NCBI GenBank assembly: GCA_964248365.1 | Contig: CAXTYC010000012.1 | Coordinates: 1-64,000, forward strand | Direction of reading: 5' to 3' | DNA: 64,000 nucleotides | Source of the DNA: an uncultured Chroococcidiopsis sp. | Lineage (GTDB): Bacteria; Cyanobacteriota; Cyanobacteriia; Cyanobacteriales; Chroococcidiopsidaceae | Shown: positions 52,935 through 62,765 of the stretch, in pieces | Position numbering within the stretch: position 1 is the first letter of the stretch | Layout: the number at the start of each line of letters is the position of its first letter | Translations under genes and position numbers: made by a program | Notes under the pieces: generated by a model | Databases searched by the model: none | Seen by the model: only the letters and a program-made list of their open reading frames with translations | Told to the model about the DNA's origin: nothing

Positions 52935-53855
52935 ATGACACATCAACCTATAAGCTTGCATGAAATTGACTTTAGCCAACCTGATCGTGAGTTTATCTAC
53001 AAAGGACAGACTTATCAAATTAAAGAATACTCTGATATTTGTTATGTTAAAAAGAATAAATCTCACCCTTGGGAGTTTATTTATGTATTTTGTTCGCACT
53101 CGGCAAGTCTTATAAACAAACAAAATTATTCATCTACTCTTGAAGAAATAATTTTAAAAAAGGCAGACAAACTTTTACGTTGTGTGGAGTATGAAAACAT
53201 CATTTTTGGCTTTAGCACCAATAACAAAGGATGTTATTTTTCAATTGAAGATGAATATTGGACTTGGTTCAACTGGAAAGCTCCTAGACACATGAGTATA
53301 GATGATCTATTAGAGAAACCCTATGATTTCTTTATTGATAAAGCAAAAACCATCTATTATACAGAGATTCCTCTCATAGAAGATAAAGTTGATGATTATT
53401 CTTATAGGAGCAATACAGCTAAACCTATTGAGTTTGTATGTGGCTCTGAATCAGAGCTAGAAAGACTAACGCAACTGGCTGCATTTATATTACCTGAATT
53501 TAAACCTCTATTCGAGCGCTACTCCAGCTTCAAAGTAATCTATGAGTCAGAAAATGCCTATCAGTGTGGCGGTATTACTGAAGAAATAGACACCCCAGAC
53601 TGGTATTATGACATTGTTCTTTCCAAACAAGCGCAGAAGTTATTCGATCTAATCTTTGAATACAACTATTTTACTGGACTTCAATGGGAGTACAACGATG
53701 GTCATGGATACACAGGCTACGATCCCCTTTCATACACTATTGAAATTAGCTTACAAGCTCCTTCACAACACGAAAGATTAGAAGCGGTGCTGGAATTACA
53801 AAGTTGGTTAGAAGGTAAACTTCCCGATGAGGAGATTAGAGCCTATTTTGAGTAG
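52935..53855 (+). CDS. Hypothetical protein
   Basis: 306-aa acidic, aromatic-rich ORF between the AAA and vWA genes. Confidence 0.7.
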   Translation: MTHQPISLHEIDFSQPDREFIYKGQTYQIKEYSDICYVKKNKSHPWEFIYVFCSHSASLINKQNYSSTLEEIILKKADKLLRCVEYENIIFGFSTNNKGCYFSIEDEYWTWFNWKAPRHMSIDDLLEKPYDFFIDKAKTIYYTEIPLIEDKVDDYSYRSNTAKPIEFVCGSESELERLTQLAAFILPEFKPLFERYSSFKVIYESENAYQCGGITEEIDTPDWYYDIVLSKQAQKLFDLIFEYNYFTGLQWEYNDGHGYTGYDPLSYTIEISLQAPSQHERLEAVLELQSWLEGKLPDEEIRAYFE

Positions 53856-54009
53856 CGGCTGATACTGATTTACTATGGTGATGCTATACATCAGATTTCT
53901 GGCTTTAAAAGCTACCTAAATCCTCTTTTTTAAAGGGGTAAGTTTAAGAATATATTACCTACTTTGCCAGAGTTGATATTTTAGAGTATCTGTAGCAATC
54001 TGCAATAAA

Positions 54010-55215
54010 ATGATAAAAATATTAGATAATTCTATCAAAGATTTGAAGGATAAATTAAATACCATAGTGCGATATTGCATCACTAAATCACCAGGTTTTG
54101 CCAGTATCGCTTTGTGGATTCCCTACCATATTTATTCAGAAGATTGTGATCTAATCGCCTATACAGATGGAAAATTTATCCGAGTAGGGCAAAGATTTTT
54201 TGATTATCAGCCAGCCCAACAAGCATTCATTGTAATTCATGAAGTCATGCACGTTGCACTTAGACACGTTGGGCGATCGCCCAAAAATTACAATCCCCTA
54301 TGGAACATCGCCACAGATGCGGTAATCAATCAAGCTTTGCGTCACATTGCCTGGTTAAGTTGTCCTGCTGATGCGATTGTGTTAGAAAATCTAATCGATG
54401 AGGAAACCCTCAAATTACATCCTGCTTATCAATGGACATCGGAACAAGTTTATAATTACTTACTTAAGCATCCAGATCGTTGCACTGCAACCGTATTCAT
54501 GGCAGACTTGCGTACGCTGGGTGAATTTGGGGAAGGCACAGATAACCCCAGTCACAGCCGTGAAATTCAAGATCAGATTTGGAGAAGTAGACTAATTCGG
54601 GCCTTGGCAGGCGATCGCGCAGGCGGCATTTTTCGTCATCTACAACAAGATTTTCCCACAACCAAAGCGCCTTGGCAACACTACCTACGGCAATACCTAA
54701 CCCAGGCTATGTTACCAGAAAGAGAAACGAACTGGTCTAAACCCAGCCGTCGCTCTGTTAGCTTACTCGATCAAAACATTGAAATATTTGAACCTGCAAC
54801 CCGTCCTAAACCAGGACTCAAACGCGCTGGTATAGTAATTGATACTTCAGGTTCGATTGATGACAATCTGCTGCATCAATTTGTCACCCACGTCCAAACG
54901 ATCCAAACTCAGACTGGTTGCGAAGTTTATCTCATTTCAGCCGACGCTGACGTGCAAACCGAAGATCTAATCTGCAGCCACGATCCAAGTTTAATTACCC
55001 TAATCCAACGCAAACAAATTCAACTCAAAGGTGGAGGCGGTACTGATTTTAGACCTGCACTCGACACTCTCAAATCCAAGTCTATTAGCGTATGTGTCTA
55101 CCTTACAGATTTAATGGGTACTTTCCCAGATCATCCCCCTAATTATGATGTGGTTTGGGCTAGCACATCACCCGATCAATCTGCCCCATTTGGTCGAGTT
55201 ATTGTGATTGAGTAG
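54010..55215 (+). CDS. DUF2201-like metallopeptidase-vWA protein
   Basis: AYTDG, HEVMH, WNIATDAVIN; MIDAS DTSGS, GGGGTDF, YLTD. Confidence 0.85.
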   Translation: MIKILDNSIKDLKDKLNTIVRYCITKSPGFASIALWIPYHIYSEDCDLIAYTDGKFIRVGQRFFDYQPAQQAFIVIHEVMHVALRHVGRSPKNYNPLWNIATDAVINQALRHIAWLSCPADAIVLENLIDEETLKLHPAYQWTSEQVYNYLLKHPDRCTATVFMADLRTLGEFGEGTDNPSHSREIQDQIWRSRLIRALAGDRAGGIFRHLQQDFPTTKAPWQHYLRQYLTQAMLPERETNWSKPSRRSVSLLDQNIEIFEPATRPKPGLKRAGIVIDTSGSIDDNLLHQFVTHVQTIQTQTGCEVYLISADADVQTEDLICSHDPSLITLIQRKQIQLKGGGGTDFRPALDTLKSKSISVCVYLTDLMGTFPDHPPNYDVVWASTSPDQSAPFGRVIVIE

Positions 55216-55411
55216 GGGCGGGTTCACCAAAAATCTACAGTTTCATACAAATATCTCAAATCAACCCGCCCGTACAAAATATTCGTGCAAGAGGTCTATT
55301 GAATTAATTTTAACCCAGGCGGGAATCTTGCTTATCTTTATTTGTACGATGGTGGGCAATGCCCTTTTCAACAATACGATGGTGGGCATGGGTAGCATAC
55401 AATGGTATAAC

Positions 55412-55834
55412 ATGGACATTTTATTTCATTGTGAATCGAGCGCCCGTAAATTTGGCGGAATCCCAGAAGATTATATTCCGATCCACAAATTTTTCGATCA
55501 GTCCAAGTTATTCGTTGCTGATTGGAGACATGGCGCCTTATTGCATCACACTTTAGGCGTATCTTTGTGCGAACAAATGTTTGGAGATTTTTACACTCGC
55601 CCCTCAGATGGGCAAAAGATTAGCACTCGTTTAATTGCAGAACAGCACGTATTAGAAGATTTGGGGGCATTACCCGATCCCGCCTGGTATATTCGAGAAA
55701 TGCCGATCCGTCGTTGGATGAATGGTATGACACCTGAACAACGTCGCCGGACGCAAAAATTGATTTTAGAAGACAATCAAAAAGAACTAGAACGAGACTA
55801 TCAAATTTATCTAAGCGAGAATGCGCAAATTTGA
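55412..55834 (+). CDS. DUF6915-like protein
   Basis: HCESSARKFGG.PEDY..IH.FFDQSK...D.RH..LLHH..G...AEQHVLEDLG. Confidence 0.75.
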   Translation: MDILFHCESSARKFGGIPEDYIPIHKFFDQSKLFVADWRHGALLHHTLGVSLCEQMFGDFYTRPSDGQKISTRLIAEQHVLEDLGALPDPAWYIREMPIRRWMNGMTPEQRRRTQKLILEDNQKELERDYQIYLSENAQI

Positions 55835-55917
55835 AGCTGAGGAATAAATATCTAGGTTCTGCTCAGCATAAGCTACAGCATAAGTCTCTCCTATGCCAAA
55901 TCAATAGAGCGATCGCG

Positions 55918-56127
55918 TCAATCGTTTTGAGACGATTGCGATGCTTCTTGTTTATCCCGCTCTACCTGAGCGGCGATCGCTTTACGTAGCCATTCGGTAC
56001 GATTAGGCAGCGATCGCACGTATGCATCTATATCCAGTGGCAGTTTCACTGAAACCGATCTACTTGCTACTGGCTCGTCATAAACTTGTGTAAATTTATT
56101 TTTCGGGTTAGGATTGCCCCTGCCCAT
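55918..56127 (-). CDS. Small ribbon-helix-helix-like DNA-binding protein, copy 1
   Basis: SVSVKLPLDIDAYVRSLPNRTEWLRKAI; GAGG RBS. Confidence 0.7.
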   Translation of the reverse strand: MGRGNPNPKNKFTQVYDEPVASRSVSVKLPLDIDAYVRSLPNRTEWLRKAIAAQVERDKQEASQSSQND

Positions 56128-56282
56128 GTTTCCTCGTTTTCCTGTAAAATAGAAACATTGACTCTTTTGTTGCCCCACGCCGATATCTGAACCCCGTCCC
56201 CTGGCAAAAGCCTCAGATGTCAGTTTACACCCAAATGGGAGGCTATAAGTATTCTACCCAATCTGACACTTTTGCGATCGCG

Positions 56283-56492
56283 TCACTCGTTTTGAGACGA
56301 TTGCGATGCTTCGGTTTTATCTCGCTCTACCTGAGCGGCGATTGCTTTACGCAGCCATTCGGTTTTATTGGGCAGCGATCGCACATACTCATCGTGAGAA
56401 ATTGGTACTCGCACAGTTAGAGGCTGTTCTGCTAATAATTCCTCTCCTACTCGCTTTGAATATAGTAATGGATTTCCACCCTTTCTTGCCAT
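56283..56492 (-). CDS. Small ribbon-helix-helix-like DNA-binding protein, copy 2
   Basis: LTVRVPISHDEYVRSLPNKTEWLRKAI; paralogue of the previous gene. Confidence 0.7.
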   Translation of the reverse strand: MARKGGNPLLYSKRVGEELLAEQPLTVRVPISHDEYVRSLPNKTEWLRKAIAAQVERDKTEASQSSQNE

Positions 56493-56634
56493 TTTTTGAT
56501 GTATACTTCTATATAATACGGTAAAATTTGGGAACAAAGCCAGAGGACAGGCAGCAAACCAAAAATCCTCTGACAGACCTCAAACAGACCGTATACGTTT
56601 GTTAGGCAGTTATATACATTTGTTTGGAGGCTAT

Positions 56635-57153
56635 ATGTATTCTACTCAATTTGACACTTTTGCGATCGCCCAAAAAAATCTGTATTCGTACCTAGAGCAA
56701 CAAAGTAGTGTACTCGCCCCGCGCCTCAAGCCCCTCGTGCCTAAATCTATCCTCGTCGAGCGAGTTGGCTTTACCCGAAACGCCTCGAATACACCCTACA
56801 TAGTTTACCTGGTGAATAATCGTCGCTGCTGCACCTTTATCAAGCGCCGCTGGTTTGTCGAGCTAGTACAAATACTACTGAAGCTAGTCAAAGGAATTGA
56901 AGCGAAAATCCGTTCTTGCACCTCGACACAGTGGAGCGGACTAAACGTTAAGACAGATGTCACAATTGAGTCAATAGCCAGCAGCTATATTAATAAGTTT
57001 TTTGAAGAATACAATGCGGCAGCGATATCGTGGGCTGAAGCTGAGTGTAATTGCGACATTCTATTATTTGGGTTTTGTCGTCACACGATTACTGATGCGA
57101 TCGCACACTTGAAGTTACAGGGCTTACATCAGCTCGGTGTGCGGCTCAGATAA
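56635..57153 (+). CDS. Hypothetical protein with SWIM-like zinc motif
   Basis: GGAGG RBS; CNCD...CRH near the C-terminus. Confidence 0.6.
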   Translation: MYSTQFDTFAIAQKNLYSYLEQQSSVLAPRLKPLVPKSILVERVGFTRNASNTPYIVYLVNNRRCCTFIKRRWFVELVQILLKLVKGIEAKIRSCTSTQWSGLNVKTDVTIESIASSYINKFFEEYNAAAISWAEAECNCDILLFGFCRHTITDAIAHLKLQGLHQLGVRLR

Positions 57154-57276
57154 GCTTTTGCTTTCAAATTCATGATTCTTAATGTGCTGAGTGGTTATTG
57201 GTATTGAAGCGCGATCGCACAATCCCATAGGCTGAAAGAAGTAGCGATCGGTTGTTAACAACTACTTCTAACTCAA

Positions 57277-57612
57277 ATGCCCCTTAGAATCATCGAACAC
57301 TTTGATAGCAGTTTTACTCTTGCTCCCCAGACAAAAGTAGCTTTATTCAACTTATTACAGAGTGAAGCCTTTATCAAACAAATCTGTGAACAGATGCAAT
57401 GTGACTGTGTTGAATTTATAGAACTTGTTTTTCAACCCGTTCCCTACAGCACAGCAACACCTAAAGGGATGCCTAGTGAATTTGAAAAATACCACGAATC
57501 AGACGACCACGTTATCATTAACGTGCCGCCTAATTTCATGTTTAAAGCCAAAATTTTTAAGCCAAGTCGCTTGTGTGCTATATATCGCAAAACCAAAGCG
57601 ATTAGCTGTTAG
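57277..57612 (+). CDS. Hypothetical protein
   Basis: 111-aa ORF; FQPVPYS and IINVPPNFMF segments. Confidence 0.6.
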   Translation: MPLRIIEHFDSSFTLAPQTKVALFNLLQSEAFIKQICEQMQCDCVEFIELVFQPVPYSTATPKGMPSEFEKYHESDDHVIINVPPNFMFKAKIFKPSRLCAIYRKTKAISC

Positions 57613-57715
57613 CAATTAGCTGTTAGCTGTTAGCTTTTAGCGATTAGCACTGGTAACTGGTAACTGATAACTGATAACTGATAACTGGTAACTGTCCCCT
57701 CACCCCTCACTCTCA

Positions 57716-58255
57716 ATGACTACTGAAATTGCAATTCCTTCCCTATTCAGTCTGGAATATATCCCCTACATCGACACCAACGGTCAATTACCTGAGCAAT
57801 TCCAAGGAAAAGTTGGGGTTTATGCAATTTTTGCTGGGGACAAATTGCTGCAATATGTAGGCTATTCCCGCGATGTTTATATCAGTCTCCAGCAGCATCT
57901 TGTACGACAACCACAAAAATGTTATTGGCTCAAAGTGCAAACAATAGATCGCCCAAGTCGTACAATTTTGGAAAATATTCGTGAAGCTTGGATGAGTGAG
58001 AACGGCTCAATTCCTGATGGAAATACGAGGGAAGAATCGAAATGGACTCAGCCTATAGATGCCAAAATCACTATGACTCCAGACGAGCAAAAACATTATA
58101 CCGCAACTGATGAAATAACGCAAGTAAAAATATTAAAAAATGCTGCTCGTAGAGTAGAGGGGCAAATTTTAGCCCAGTTAGAATCTCGCGGTGTAAAAAT
58201 GCAAATTCGCTTCAATCCTAAGCTGAAAGAAAAAGGCTTACTGGACTTGAAGTAA
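57716..58255 (+). CDS. GIY-YIG nuclease family protein
   Basis: GVYAIF...YVGYSRD...QHL. Confidence 0.85.
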   Translation: MTTEIAIPSLFSLEYIPYIDTNGQLPEQFQGKVGVYAIFAGDKLLQYVGYSRDVYISLQQHLVRQPQKCYWLKVQTIDRPSRTILENIREAWMSENGSIPDGNTREESKWTQPIDAKITMTPDEQKHYTATDEITQVKILKNAARRVEGQILAQLESRGVKMQIRFNPKLKEKGLLDLK

Positions 58256-58498
58256 CTCAGTGACCAGTTATCAGTTATCATGCTCTACTGGTAGTTGGTA
58301 GGGGCGCTCTTTAAACGAGTATCTGGAGGTTCACAAGTATGTCTGACTAAACCCGCGCGTACGGTAGTTGGTAGTTGGTAACTGCCCAGGTTCAGTCGTT
58401 GGGATGGGTACTTAAGCGAGCTAGTTATTGTAAAGTAATGGGAGATGAGCAATCAAGCTTAAGGCTATGCGCGATCGCGTACCGCTTGTAAAATTTCC

Positions 58499-60289
58499 AT
58501 GATGACAACGCTGCTAAACAGTCGCTATCAAATCATCGAGGTGCTGGGAGTCGGTGGGTTTGGAGAAACTTTTCTAGCAGAAGATATTTATATGCCGTCT
58601 CGTCGTCGGTGCGTGATTAAGCAGCTCAAGCCGATGACAAATGATCCCCAGATGTACCTGGTGACTCAACAGCGCTTTCAACGCGAAGCTACGATTTTGG
58701 AAAAACTGGGTGAAGGTAGTGTTCAGATTCCCAAACTCTACGCCTACTTTTCCGAAAACGGGCAGTTTTACCTTGTTCAAGAATGGATTCAAGGTCAAAC
58801 CATAACTAGCATTGTAGAAGCTAAGGGACGACTGGGTGAAACTGCCGTTAGGGATATTCTTGCAAGTCTGCTGTTGGTGCTGGATTATGTGCATACTCAA
58901 GGTATCATTCACCGCGATATCAAGCCGGACAATATTATCTTGCGCCACGAGAATGCCTTACCGATTTTAATTGATTTTGGTGCAGTAAAGGAAACGATCG
59001 CTACACTGGGCTATAACGGAGGTATCAAGCCCTCAATTGTCTTAGGTACTCCTGGTTTTATGTCCCCAGAGCAGGCGGCTGGGCGACCAAGCTACAGCAG
59101 CGACCTCTACAGTCTGGGACTGACAGCAATTTATATGTTGACTGGGAAGCTTCCCCACGAGTTGGAAATTGAACCCCAGACAGGGCAGATACTTTGGCAG
59201 CAATACGCCTTGAACGTTAGTTCTAGTTTAGTGGCTTTCCTTGATCGAGCGGTTCAGTCTCACCCACGCGATCGCTACTCGACGGCTAAAAAAATGTTGC
59301 TAGACTTACAGGATAATGGTTCTATCCCCTCTACTGAGCCTTCAACTGCGACTACGATCACCTTGTCTCCCAACAAGCTTAAGGTATCCAGCCAGCCAGC
59401 AACGGTAAAATCTCCTCAAATCACTCCGGCGATCAATTACCCTTCTAGTCAAAGAAATTGGCTGAAGAAATTAATTTTCGGTAGTTTGCTGGCTGGTGGT
59501 TTGCTGGGTACTCTAGCCCTCGTTGGGCTTGTCCGTAACCAACCGTCTCCATCTACAACAGAAGAACCAATAGCAACTACAAGAGAATCTCCAGCCCCAA
59601 CTTCTGAACCTGTCAATGTGCTACCTACGCCTGTAATTGATTCTCCCGCACCCACAATATCAGCATCACAGCCAAAGACAGAGCAAAAGAATTCTCAAAC
59701 TCCCCTACCCCAAGCGCGTGAGACACCATCGGTAACACAGCAAGACAATTCTCAAACTCCCCTACCCCAAGCGCGTGAGACACCATCGGTAACACAGCAA
59801 CAGAATTCTCAGGCTTCCACACCCTCAGTCAGTGAGACACCACCGGAAAACAAGAATCAAAATAAATCAAATGACAATGCTGTTAGTAACAGTGTTCCTG
59901 GTTTTCCTATCGGCACTTCTGAAAGTAGGGTAAAAGCAGTTTTGGGCAATCCAACGCAAATTTCAAGAGGCATTTGGGCTAACACCAGAGCGTATATATA
60001 TGAGATAAAGCCCAATCAGATTACTTTAGGCTACTTATTTGATCGCAATTCAGGACAGTTGCGGCAAACCGAGGTATCTTTTGCTCAGTCGGTTGCTTTT
60101 GAGCAAATGCAAGCAACTTTGCAGGAAATGTTGGGACACGACTTGATTAATGTTAATCAAGGGCTGCAAAGAGTTTATCAGCGCCGTGTTAACAACTATA
60201 CTTTTAACACAGGTGAATTAAAAGTAGCGATCCTCCGTAATGAGCGCGATCGCATTTATATTGGTGTTTGGGATGCTTCTTTACATTAA
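58499..60289 (+). CDS. Membrane-anchored Ser/Thr protein kinase
   Basis: GVGGFG, VIKQL, HRDIKPDN, DFG, GTPGFMSPEQ; TM helix; Pro/Ser/Thr linker; periplasmic domain. Confidence 0.95.
   Translation: MMTTLLNSRYQIIEVLGVGGFGETFLAEDIYMPSRRRCVIKQLKPMTNDPQMYLVTQQRFQREATILEKLGEGSVQIPKLYAYFSENGQFYLVQEWIQGQTITSIVEAKGRLGETAVRDILASLLLVLDYVHTQGIIHRDIKPDNIILRHENALPILIDFGAVKETIATLGYNGGIKPSIVLGTPGFMSPEQAAGRPSYSSDLYSLGLTAIYMLTGKLPHELEIEPQTGQILWQQYALNVSSSLVAFLDRAVQSHPRDRYSTAKKMLLDLQDNGSIPSTEPSTATTITLSPNKLKVSSQPATVKSPQITPAINYPSSQRNWLKKLIFGSLLAGGLLGTLALVGLVRNQPSPSTTEEPIATTRESPAPTSEPVNVLPTPVIDSPAPTISASQPKTEQKNSQTPLPQARETPSVTQQDNSQTPLPQARETPSVTQQQNSQASTPSVSETPPENKNQNKSNDNAVSNSVPGFPIGTSESRVKAVLGNPTQISRGIWANTRAYIYEIKPNQITLGYLFDRNSGQLRQTEVSFAQSVAFEQMQATLQEMLGHDLINVNQGLQRVYQRRVNNYTFNTGELKVAILRNERDRIYIGVWDASLH
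59690..59810 (+). repeat. 57-bp in-frame tandem duplication (NSQTPLPQARETPSVTQQ)
   Basis: Two near-identical units starting at 59690 and 59747, plus a partial third. Confidence 0.9.
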
Positions 60290-60325
60290 ATAAGGTGGGC
60301 ATTGCCTACCCTATAGTTACTAATT

Positions 60326-62614
60326 CTAAAAAATATCCTTTCGCTTTTGAATCCAAAATGTTGCTGTTAAATAAGCTACTGTATGCAACACCAAAATCAT
60401 CCAATCTAGAATTATGTTGTCCTGATTAATATTCACCAAAGATCCATAAGCTCCCACAGACCAACGACTTACCATCAGCCAAGAAAGTGTTTTAGCAATA
60501 CCTTCGTTGGTCTTGAATAATACACCTGAAAAGATAAATTGCGGAATCAACAATAGAGGTAAAGCACTATTGGCTTGACTACTAGTTTTGACAGAAGCTG
60601 AGACAAGTAAACCTAAACCGTTGCTGGCTAAAAGAGTCAGAAAAGTTGTAATTCCTATTCCCCAACCCCATGAAATTGATTGTAATGGGGGAGATTTAAA
60701 ACATATCAAAACTACTGCAACTATTAACAAAGATTGCAATACTGCCAAGCCTGCAAGAATTGCTACTTTGGAACCAAGATAGGCAAATAAGCCCAAATTT
60801 ACTAACCGCTCTCGTAGGTAAATCGCAGATTCTTTGATAATCTCTTGTAAAGAACTAGAAAGCCCTACCCAAAGTGCAGCACTAGTAAATACAAACAACA
60901 CTCGCAAAGCTGAACCTGTCAGTCTGGGGTCGATGTCTGGGTTTAAAAAGATGTCTTTATTTTTGACTGCAAAGGTGATTAACCAGATACCAACGGGTGC
61001 AGTGAAAAGGGCAAGAGCAAGGTTAATGCGATCGTGCTTTTGAATCTGAAAATAGCGTCGAGTTAAAATTTTTAGTTGTTGCCAAAAAGAAACTCTTGTT
61101 TGCCTTGTTTTGTTCCCACTGGGCGGTAATATTTGCGTTCCTGGGCTAAGGTGATTGACAAAGTAGCGTTGATAATAATTTGATTGGTGAAATTTATTCG
61201 CTATCTGGATGACGTTTTCAGGTTTTTCTAGCAGGTTGTAGATATCGGCAAAATCGTTGTTCACACCAAAAAACTGGAATGATTCCGCAGGTGTGCCAAA
61301 GTAGCATAAACGACCGCCATCACCTAAAAAGACAATGCGATCGCACAGCTTAATATTCGTCGTCGCATGAGTCACCAAAATTACTGTTCGTCCCTGATCC
61401 GCTAGTCGGCGCAATAGCTGCATCATCTTCTTATCCAACCCAGGATCGAGTCCAGAAGTCGGTTCATCTAAGAAAAATAGCTTTGGATCGGCTAGCAATT
61501 CTACCGCAATGCTGACACGTTTGCGCTGTCCGCCACTTAGTTGAGATACCAAAGCATTGCGACGATGGGACATTTCCACATCTTCCAACGTCTTTTGTAC
61601 TAATTGTTCAACTTCAATATCCGGCGGTAATCGCAATCTAGCCGTGTAAGTTAAGACTTCTCCTACACTCAAGTCGCGGTGAACTATATCATCTTGTGGA
61701 ACATAACCAATTTGGGTACAGTAGATGTTGTAGTTATCTCTAAGGCGATCGCCATTTAGATACACTACTCCTTGTGTAAGCTGTTCAATACCCAACACAC
61801 TTCGCATCAAGGTTGATTTTCCCGCCCCACTACCTCCTACCAAGGCAACAAACTGTCCTGGCTCAATTGCTAAGCTAATCTCATCCAACCGTCGCTTGTT
61901 TTTGTCTTGAATTACCAATTCGTCTGCATCCAGACGAATTTGATTGCCTGTATCTTGTACTAGTAGCTCGTCACCGCGCAATACCAGGGTAAATGGTCCT
62001 ATTCGGATCGTCGCCCCTTCTGACAGTACGCTGCTTCCACTCACTCTTTGCCCATTGACAAAAACGCCGTTTGTGCTGTGGTCTTGTAGGATGTAGCGCC
62101 CCTGCCCATCATTATCAATTGTGGCGTGACGGCGTGATACGTTAGGAGATGGCAGCAGGCTGGCGTTGGGGTCACGACCGAGTAGCACAGAGCGATTTTT
62201 GAGTGAGACTGATCGCCCGATCAAGTGGGTAGTTACCTCTGAACCAGTAGGATTGCGGTATCTTAAGCTAATCTGATTGTTCGGATTTTGACCGATATGC
62301 AGTTCAATACCATCTTTCAAGGTATAACCTGTATTTGGTGTAATCCGTGTGTAGTTGAGGAATAACCCATTGCTACTAGGTTTTATGCCATCGCCGTCAT
62401 ATATCTGGTAGTCTTGTCCGGTTTTAATTAATACAGCATGATAACTAGAAATTACTTGCCAGTTGTCTGGTACAACTAAATCAGCTTGAGTGCGATCGCG
62501 CCCTAAAATATGACGTGGTTGTTTCAGTTCCAGGCGTAATATTTGCCCCTGATTGTTCAACTCTAAGTAGGGGTTTGTGCTGACAACAGTGCTTTTCCCT
62601 GTTTGCCCACTCAT
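60326..62614 (-). CDS. FHA-FHA-ABC transporter (ATPase + ABC-2 permease; Rv1747-like architecture)
   Basis: Two GR...S..HA...SxNG FHA motifs; GGSGAGKS, LSGGQ, FLDEP; TM domain. Confidence 0.93.
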   Translation of the reverse strand: MSGQTGKSTVVSTNPYLELNNQGQILRLELKQPRHILGRDRTQADLVVPDNWQVISSYHAVLIKTGQDYQIYDGDGIKPSSNGLFLNYTRITPNTGYTLKDGIELHIGQNPNNQISLRYRNPTGSEVTTHLIGRSVSLKNRSVLLGRDPNASLLPSPNVSRRHATIDNDGQGRYILQDHSTNGVFVNGQRVSGSSVLSEGATIRIGPFTLVLRGDELLVQDTGNQIRLDADELVIQDKNKRRLDEISLAIEPGQFVALVGGSGAGKSTLMRSVLGIEQLTQGVVYLNGDRLRDNYNIYCTQIGYVPQDDIVHRDLSVGEVLTYTARLRLPPDIEVEQLVQKTLEDVEMSHRRNALVSQLSGGQRKRVSIAVELLADPKLFFLDEPTSGLDPGLDKKMMQLLRRLADQGRTVILVTHATTNIKLCDRIVFLGDGGRLCYFGTPAESFQFFGVNNDFADIYNLLEKPENVIQIANKFHQSNYYQRYFVNHLSPGTQILPPSGNKTRQTRVSFWQQLKILTRRYFQIQKHDRINLALALFTAPVGIWLITFAVKNKDIFLNPDIDPRLTGSALRVLFVFTSAALWVGLSSSLQEIIKESAIYLRERLVNLGLFAYLGSKVAILAGLAVLQSLLIVAVVLICFKSPPLQSISWGWGIGITTFLTLLASNGLGLLVSASVKTSSQANSALPLLLIPQFIFSGVLFKTNEGIAKTLSWLMVSRWSVGAYGSLVNINQDNIILDWMILVLHTVAYLTATFWIQKRKDIF

Positions 62615-62765
62615 TTAATTACTTAACTACTAAAAATATAAATGCCTATGGCTACCACAAATACCATTTTTTTGTTGGCTTTTTACATAAAATAAACATT
62701 GAATTCAACTAAATACTTAAGTTTCATGATATTTTTCATACTAAAACCAGAATAGGTAAGTTCTG

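Noticed and set aside
57716..58255. GIY-YIG protein as part of the defence-like island
   Set aside because: It resembles a conserved stand-alone cyanobacterial family and lies beyond core-type tandem repeats, outside the island.
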